This document shows, piece by piece, positions 46,401 to 55,400 of a DNA stretch of 64,000 bases. The stretch is taken from positions 1,093,717-1,157,716 of the forward strand of contig NMRA01000020.1 in assembly GCA_002633005.1 (NCBI GenBank). Direction: 5' to 3'. Positions within the stretch are counted from its first letter, which is position 1; every line of letters begins with the position of its first letter. Below the pieces are notes generated by a model. The model saw only the letters and a program-made list of their open reading frames with translations. It was not told the origin of the DNA and ran no database searches. Origin of the DNA: Phoronis australis. Lineage: Eukaryota; Animalia; Phoronida. The translations under genes were made by a program, and so were the position numbers.

Positions 46401-49400
46401 AACATGTACAATAGACAAGAGGTCGGTGTAAATAGACTAACTTAGATAGTTGTAACACGCCACCACCTCAGAGCCATTTTAGAAACTCAACATGTACAGT
46501 GAATTTAATCTGTGCTCTTTACATCATTCACTGATGAGAAAAAACAAGACAGCCATGATGATAAAATAAAAGTCGACAAGTAATTGAAACATTACCTGTG
46601 AAACAGCTCAGTTTTTTTATAACATGATAGTTCCCCTTTTGATAAACTTCACAAAGCTCGTACGCTGGCACTTGCCTGGGCGCAAAGTGATGAGCGGATC
46701 CTATGATTAGAGGTGTGTTCTACCCTATACCCTGTTGATTATCTCACCATAAGCGTTGCTCACACATGCCAAATGAATTTAGCAGACTTCACACGGAGTT
46801 TTAAAAGTAACTTGTTCCAAAGATATAGGAATGACATGAGTTACAGAGCATGCATGATCTTCTTTCAAAGATTTAAGTGATTTGGTGGTCCAGGAATTAG
46901 CATTCCATTAACAGATTATATTGTGTGGAACAATTACCTGACAAGTCTCTCTTGAGCAATTGCATAGTTTGTGCCACTTAACTCAAAGTTCATCTCAAAT
47001 GAGTTGTGATTGGTTCTTGTGCGTTGACCTTGTGCTAACCTCCTGGTTCCACGTTGACTAGTGTTGCCACCTGTTGTCTCCTGGCGAGCTAAGCCAACTC
47101 CAGGAATTTCCAATATGTTTTGGTTTTCCGTTGATGGTTCCAACAGAGCNTTTGACAGTCGGGGAGGAAGAGACTGGATCAGGAATACCCAAGTTTAAAC
47201 CAGAGACATCTGGAGCACTGTTGGATGATGGGAATGATGAGGGAGTTGCGTCTATGCTTGATTGGCGCGACACACGCTGACGAATACGTGCAGGTATTCG
47301 GTCAATCAGTTCTTGTATATGGGATTGAGCAGGTGGTTTGGCTGATGGGTTGGAGGAAGTGTCACTGCTGCAACAAAAATTTCAACACTGTGAAGTTACT
47401 ATGATGTAAATTTATTTATAAGTATTCAAATGAGGGGAATGCAAAATAACGTACATGTAAATAGATAAGAGGTTGGTGTAAATAGACCAAGAGATTATAA
47501 TAATAGCTGTAAAACGCCACCACCTCAGAGCAGTTTTAGAAAGTCAACATGTACACTGAATTTAATCTGTGCTCTTTACATCAGTCACTGATGAGAAAAA
47601 ACAAGACAGCCATGATGATAAAATAAAAGTCGACAAGTAATTGAAACATTACCTGTAAAACAGATCATTTTTTATAACATTATAGTTCCCCTTTTAAAAA
47701 CTTCACTAAGCTCTTACATTTTGTGTATGCTGACACTTGCTTGGGAGCAGAGTGATGAGCGGATCCTATGGTTAGAGGTGTGTTGTACACTATACTCTGT
47801 TGATTATCCCGCGGTAAGCGCTGCTCACACATTCCAAATGAATTTGGCAGACTTTGCATGGAGTTTTAAATTGAAGTAATTTGTTCCAAAGATAGAGGAA
47901 TGACATGAGTTACAGAGCATGCATGATCTTCTTTCAAAGATTTATGATTTGGTGGTCCAGGAATTAGCATTCCATTAACAGATTATATTGTGTGGAACAA
48001 TTACCTGACAAGTCTCTCTTGAGCAATTGCATAGTTTGTGCCACTTAACTCAAAGTTCATCTCAAATGAGTTGTGATTGGTTCTTGTGCGTTGACCTTGT
48101 GCTAACCTCCTGGTTCCACGTTGACTAGTGTTGCCACCTGTTGTCTCCTGGCGAGCTAAGCCAACTCCAGGAATTTCCAATATGTTTTGGTTTTCCGTTG
48201 ATGGTTCCAACAGAGCTGCCTGACGTTCCCTTGAATTAATAAATAAATTGAACAAAACAGCACAACGCCACTCAGTCCCATCTTCGCTAATTGTCTTGCT
48301 CATTCAAAGCGGCTAATATAAAATGCCTTCCATTCCAAAACAGAATTTTGATGCAGACAACTATATTGTCTCTTAGTTAAATGGGTGACTCGATATTCAC
48401 CAGGTGGCACTAATGAATAAAGGTCCCCTGAGAAAAAAAACAGTTTGACCAAATGCACAGGGGCATTTAAATGACAAGGGGCTTGCATAATTTACCTGAA
48501 TGCAAGCATATCTGTGGGAAAGTCCCTCGTTTCAATTGCGATACCTAGTGTATGTTTGAGTTTCACACTGGAGATGTTATCAGGGCTTCGAACGATTGAC
48601 AGTTTGCTATTCACCACCAACAGAACTCTGAATCTGGGATATCCGTGGTGTATGTAATAAAGATAATTGCTTTGTCACTTACAGCACACATCTCCAATTT
48701 TTGTCCCACCGATTGGCAACAAATCGATGACTGGTCATAAACCAGTCGGCAAAATTGGTGCTGCTGGTTGGCTAGACGAACAGTAATCAACCAATTTCTG
48801 ACTGGTCAGACACAAATTCGTGATGTGTGCTCTATCAAAAACCTTGTGCGTACTAGTCAAAAAAGTTTGGTTACGTCTGTCATCAAGGATTCTGTCATGA
48901 ATATCACCAACAGACCTATTGCGATGTCTCCTCTCCTGCTCCTCCATTGCCGCTGCAATTGGGTCCCAGACCACTTGACCGTCTACAGGACATGTGGGAC
49001 GCTGATGGAGAAGCCAGTTGTCTATACAGTCTTGGTGAAACTATAGAAACATAAATTGTAAATGACATTAGACATGAAATAAGCCATGTTTATGGTTAGT
49101 TTCTGCCATCAAGAAGATTGAGCAATCATCTGTAATATTGCAAATTTATGACACTTTTACCTTTCAATGCCAACCAGTGTGAAGTCAAAATAACACGCGA
49201 TGTTGTATGACTGAGTAGCCTGGCACTCAGCTTAATGTGTTATAGCATAGAACATTCTTAGATGGAAATAACCTTTTTAAATAGAATTACACAGTTGTAA
49301 TAAGTTTATACCGCAACATATGATAACTACCTTGTGTCTACAAGGTAATCGTCGTACACTCTGGCCAACTTGATATACGCGAAGACAGACACAGCACTGT

Positions 49401-52400
49401 TGTCCAGCTGACAGCAAGCTGGAACCATCTCGCACTTTCTCCAAGGGAAACGACTTGACCACATGTTCTGGCACGTCGCTGCCTTGGTTTGCGGCTTCAC
49501 TAAAATGAAGAGAAAAATTATATTAACTGCATTTCTCTTATTTACTGAATTTGCAGTCATTAAGACCTGTATGCTGTCATTGGCTGAAATGATATGCAAA
49601 CAAGAAACATGATAACCAATTAATGTTTTACAAATGCCACTGCCACAAAAATTTATTTACATTTACTTACTATGTTATGAACCAGCTGTTTAAGCTAGAT
49701 TGCATTATCACAACCAGTTTTATCCACATTCTTTCAGGGTCAGCTTCTGTTGTTAGTCAGTGATGTAGTATAATTAGATTATAAGCCATCCTGGAATTTA
49801 CTTGAAATGAACAGTACAAGGCTTGTGTTTTTGTTGACGAAATCTCTATTACTTCTAGATTTGAAAATTCAAAAACCCACACACAGTATAATTTTTACTT
49901 TTCTATACAGATTTTATGGTTTACATTGGTTTGCATATCTCAAAAAGAAAATGGAAATTTTAATTAGTACAGCCTGGACACTTCCAAGCCTACTATAATA
50001 AGAAACGGTAATTAACCTCATTGTGTGACCTAGTTAATAGAGTCACTCTGTTGATGACTAGACCCCTAGTTAAACTGGAATGTGGTCGGGCTGAACACAT
50101 GACATCTTTGGTGAAATTCAAAAGATTTATCCAAATCGACCATTATCTCATTTAAAGGGGGTGTTAACAGCATGCACAATCTGACCTGTCTAACTGTAGC
50201 AACAGATCGTAGTCATCATCTGTGATGTCACGGTTTAACAGACTGTTCACAACAGCAGATGGCAGCACAGTGCCACTTCCTCGTTGAACTGGCCGCCATC
50301 TTTGATTGCTCTTCTGGAAACCAACAAGGTAGGTCCTCATGACAAGAGGATGAATGCCACGTGCAGTTTTAAAATGACAATGCAACAGTGTTCCAATGCT
50401 TTGACAGAACTAAGCTGACAATGAAAATACCTAACTTGGCAAAGAAGAGGTTTTAAACAATAGCACAATTATAATACCATGGTTTGCAACTTGAGTACAC
50501 CTGCTGCTAAAGTTTTTAAACCTAAGAGTTCAATTCGCACATATATGCAATAGGAACTCCTTACACACTTGATGCATTCCTTATACACACTGAGTTTATG
50601 TATATTTAGCCAAGAGACGAAAAAATTGTGATTAGCTTTCCATTCCAATATAAACAATAATAGCTTGGGTTACATATTCACAGATTACGACTAACAGAAG
50701 CACATAATAATGCCGGAAGAGAGGCAAACAAAAAACAACTATTTTCAACAGTCTATTTTATTTAATTTGTTAATATTACAACAGCCTTTAAATAAATATT
50801 GACTTGTTTTGACTCGACTCAATAACTGACAGTCAATAATGTAAACTGGTGCAGATAAAATTCAAATCAGCAATTCAACTTTCCCGTATTCTCAAATACT
50901 AGGACTGTCTGTTATAACCATATGGCAAATAGATTTACCTAACAAGTCTTTGCCAACAATGTTTCAAAATTTGATTTGAATGACAGTATTTCTGCGCTGC
51001 TTATTACCTGTCTAAACACATATGAGTGTTCACTGTGGAATGTTGTGTTGAAACAGTTTTGGCAAAGGTAGAAGTCAAAACATGAGGCACACCTGCAAGC
51101 AAATTGTACAGAAATAACGTTAAGATTAAAATATTCCTAAACTAAGAACACAATGCACGTTTCTAAACTATTTTTGACTGGAAAAAAGCCAATCTGTGGT
51201 GTGAAATGTGCTGTTTTCAAGCGATGCCTGTACATTTAATAAATCAACAGCTTCAGAATGACAGCAGCAATAGAAGGCAGCTAGTATGTAGTTTTGTCAA
51301 GGTTTTGGTGAAAACTGTGAGGTCTAAAAGCAGTAAATGTGAAGTTGCAATCATACTGCTGACAAAATTTGGTAGATGATCCTCTTTGTCTCTTGTTTAA
51401 TCTTTGAATATTAGCTGTACCATTGAATTTTATACATGCATGGCCTCAAAATACATGTTTGAGTGCATGCGTGCATGCTCGTGTGTGTGTGTGTGTGTTT
51501 GTGTGTGTTTGTGTGTGCGTGTATGTGTGTGTGTGTGTCAACTAGTCATGAGTTCCCTTCATGTATTGAACGTGTTGTTAAAAGTTTGAAGTATTATAAC
51601 TGACAAGACAGTGTATATTGGTGAGAAAGCAGAAGACAAAATGTGAAGGTGACTAGCAACAACTTTGATGAGCGAGTTGCAGAAAATAGTCCATAAACAC
51701 GGTCATTTTTTGTAGTACAGTGTACTCACTTATAACACTTTCCCTGTATCGGAGATGTCCGGCACCGCTTGCACATCAGGCCATAGTGTCTGTCGACTAC
51801 TCTGGCAGGGGGCGCTGCAGAGCTCCCAGCGGCAGTGTTCTTTGCTTCTTCCTTGAGCAGTGAGAATGGTCCGAAGTCTTCACGGCAGAACGGGCATTTG
51901 ATTACTGACTCTCCAGAGTTCATTTGATGGTCGGCCCAAACCTTCATACATTTGATGTGAATACTGTTACCACAGCCATACCTAGGGACAGCAACGAAAT
52001 AAAGTTCTGAATTCATTCTAGGGAACATTCAGTTTGAAAAACAATGGGCAGGTTTTCAACCTAATATTATGGAAAATGACCAAGACTTGAAGGACTATAA
52101 ACTGGGAAAGACATGTTATTACAACCAAAAGAGCAATACAACGAAACACAATTTGTTGGATGACTTTTCAGTATCAACGTCATCCACTTAATGAGCAAGG
52201 ACATGACATCACAACATCCACATACCACGATCACCCAAAACTATCACTGGCATTTCCACCTTCCCGAGTAGGTAAGCTGACAAAGAAATTGATGCATGAA
52301 GACAAAGAAGTATGGTTTGTGCCAAAAAAACTGTGAGCTCCACCCTGGATATTATGATTGTTTGTGTATGACTTTATTCAAATTATGTAATGTCAAAATA

Positions 52401-55400
52401 AATGAAGAATTGCGAGTGTAATGTATACGTCACACTAACTATGAGTCTAACATACGTACACACTGTACGATTCATCAACTCAAGCCATGCATGATAGTGG
52501 CGTTTTTACAAAATTTTAAAGAATGTGACTGAACAGGTACTGATATACGAAGATTGCCTCCCCGTGGTAATCAACTGCTATCACCGGATTTGGATTACCG
52601 GTATTAGGATTTGGATTACCGGTATTAGGATTTGGATTACCGGTATTAGGATTTGGATTACCGGTATTAGGATTTGGATTACCGGTATTAGGATTTGGAT
52701 TACCGGTATTAGGATTTTCTTGCAACAATTATGATATAATATAAACGTTACATTAAAACCACATACACCAATGACTGTGAAGGTCATGTAGAAATGGCCA
52801 GTTTGAAATAGTCAGTAAATCACTGAGTAACCAAGCCACAACAAAAACAAGGGCATTCTGTATGGAGAATGGAACTTTTTACAATTTAGTTGATCCTGTA
52901 TCTTGTACATATTTGCCGTCTTTTTGGTCACATCATGTGACCTAATGAATATAAGTCCGAAAAGGTTTCTGCCCCCGACTGGGACTCGAACCCAGGACCA
53001 TCTGCTAACTGTGCAGATGCTCTAGCCACCGATTAATATATGACTAATGTTTGAATAAAATATGACAGACCTGGGCAATGAAGTTCACAAGAATATATCT
53101 AATATTCCAAAGGCCCCTTTCAGCCCCTGCACATCAGTGTCTTACAATCATGCAGTAGGTTACTGTAACCTACAGGTATATGTTTGGTATTCGAAAGTCC
53201 CTATCAGCCCCTGCAAACCAGTGTCTCACATGTACTTGCAGTGGGTTATAGGCACATGTTTGGTATTCCCAAGGCCCCAGTCATCCCCTGCACACCAGTG
53301 TCATACTTGCAGTAAGTTACAGACACATGTTTGGTATTCCCATGGCCCCTATCAGCCCCTGCACACTAGTGTTTAACATGTACACAGTACTTGCACTAGG
53401 TTATAGATAATAGTATTCCCATGGCCCCTATCACACGGTCCCTATCAACCCAGGCACACCAGTGTCTTACTTGCAGTAGGTTACAGGCATATGTTTAGTC
53501 AAGAGTTCTTCCTGACATATTGGGCAAACGTCTTCTTCACCAATCTCCCGTTGCTCAATCACTGGCCGTCCATCGCCAGCTTGCTCTGCCCTAGCTGCCG
53601 AAGATGCTTTCGGCAAGTAGACAGGCCTTGTGGGTTGTGGGCGGTTAGCATTCCGTCGCAGCTCAATGATTTCATTCACTTCACGCTCAACAAGTCCCAG
53701 CTGCCAAGATGCTGAAGCAGATAGCACCAAGCAATTATGAGATTTCACAGCCCCGAGGTAATTTCACAGCCCCGGGGTTAAACCAGCAGAAGAGGTATGT
53801 GGGTTATGCTGCTATGAAAGTTCACTTTCTCAAAATTGGTTATGCTGTGAAAAAGTGCCTTTTTGAGGAAATTCCACATGTTGAAAGGATGGCCTTTCAA
53901 ACAAAATTACTTACCAAAAGTTTCACTTTGGGAATTTGAAAGTCAACAAGATGCGGACTGACCCAAATACCGCTGTGCATCCTAGTGGCAATTTTAGTTT
54001 TTTACGTTTGCCTCTGTATCGTCATCTGATTTTCATGAAATTTGGCACATAGGCATCTATTAATGAGATGACGCAGTCCTCCCATTTTAAGACGGATTCA
54101 AGGCATTTTGCACCACCTATTGACCATTTTTATCGTTTTCGAGTCTGTTTTTTGCGTCCACTTCTCCGTCTATCAACCAAACCACTCTAAGAATGATGTG
54201 AAAATTGGCATGTATGTTCTCTTAGTACTATGAAGAGCATGGATGACGATGATTTTCTGACGACTTTGACTACCGTGGTGCCTCCTAGTGTCAGTTTTTT
54301 TTGCACCCATGGCTGTATCTCCTTTACTCTATGCAGTATCTTATCGAAATTTGGCATGTGTATTCCTATAGGGTTGATGACAGAGGGTGACGAGTTTCAG
54401 ACTGACCCGAACACCGCTGTGCTCCTGGTGGCAATTTTTGATTTTTACGAATTCAACTACTGAGGCGCCTACTATAGTTGTGTTTTTGCGCCAATGGCTG
54501 TATCTCCTTAACACTATGCAGGATCATTACTAAATAGCAAGTGTATTGATAAGAATTTGACAATGGACGACAATGACTTTTCGATGGATCTGACTACCGG
54601 TCTGCCCCCTAGTGGGAATTTTAGTTTTTCACGTTTACCTCGATATCTTTAACAGATTTTCATACAATTTGGAATATAGGCACCTATTGGTGAGATGACA
54701 CTACCCTCCCGCTTTTGGATGGAATCGAGGTACTTGGCGCCTCCTAATGGCCATTTTTGCTATTTTCGAGTCCGCCCCTCTATCAACCAAACTATTCTAA
54801 GGATGATTGTGAAAATTGGCATACATGTTCTTAGTGTGAAGAGAATGGTTGACGATGATTTTACGACTTTGACTGCTGTGGCGCCTCCTAGTGGCAGTTT
54901 TACTTTTTGCTCTCATAACTGTATCTCCTAAAGCTACTGCACAATCTTTATTAAATTTAGCAAGTGTATTATAAGTTGACAACGGAAGAGGACAACTTTC
55001 AGATGAATCTGGCAAACGGTGTGCCCTCTAGTGGCAATTTCGTTTTTTCTGTTTTCCTTTGCATCTTTGCCGTTCCTAGACAGATTTTTATGAAGTTTGA
55101 TAAATAGCTTTCTATTAATGAAGTGATGGCATGTTCCCGTTTTCGGATGGATTTGATGTATTTTGTGCCATCTAGTGGCCATTTTTATGACACAAATATA
55201 CACCCCCTGAAGCACACCGTTAGCGATGCATTTGTGGGCGCATTTCAAAGCTCCAAGTTGTCCTTGTTTGACAACATGTTATCCTAATAGTTTTAGGCTA
55301 AATTCGTTAAAAATTCCACTGTCCAAGAATCTCAACCTAAAAAAGATTACGTTAACTTTATGGAATTAATCTCTATTAAAAAGTAGTGTAGAAAAAAATA

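Noticed and set aside
52516-52787. ORFs encoding (NPNTGNP)n, (IRIWITG)n or (IPVIQIL)n
   Set aside because: By-products of a stop-free 21-bp minisatellite inside an intron.
52969-53030. Functional tRNA gene (also 57400-57468)
   Set aside because: Incomplete cloverleaf (missing acceptor stem or unpaired anticodon arm); better explained as SINE heads.
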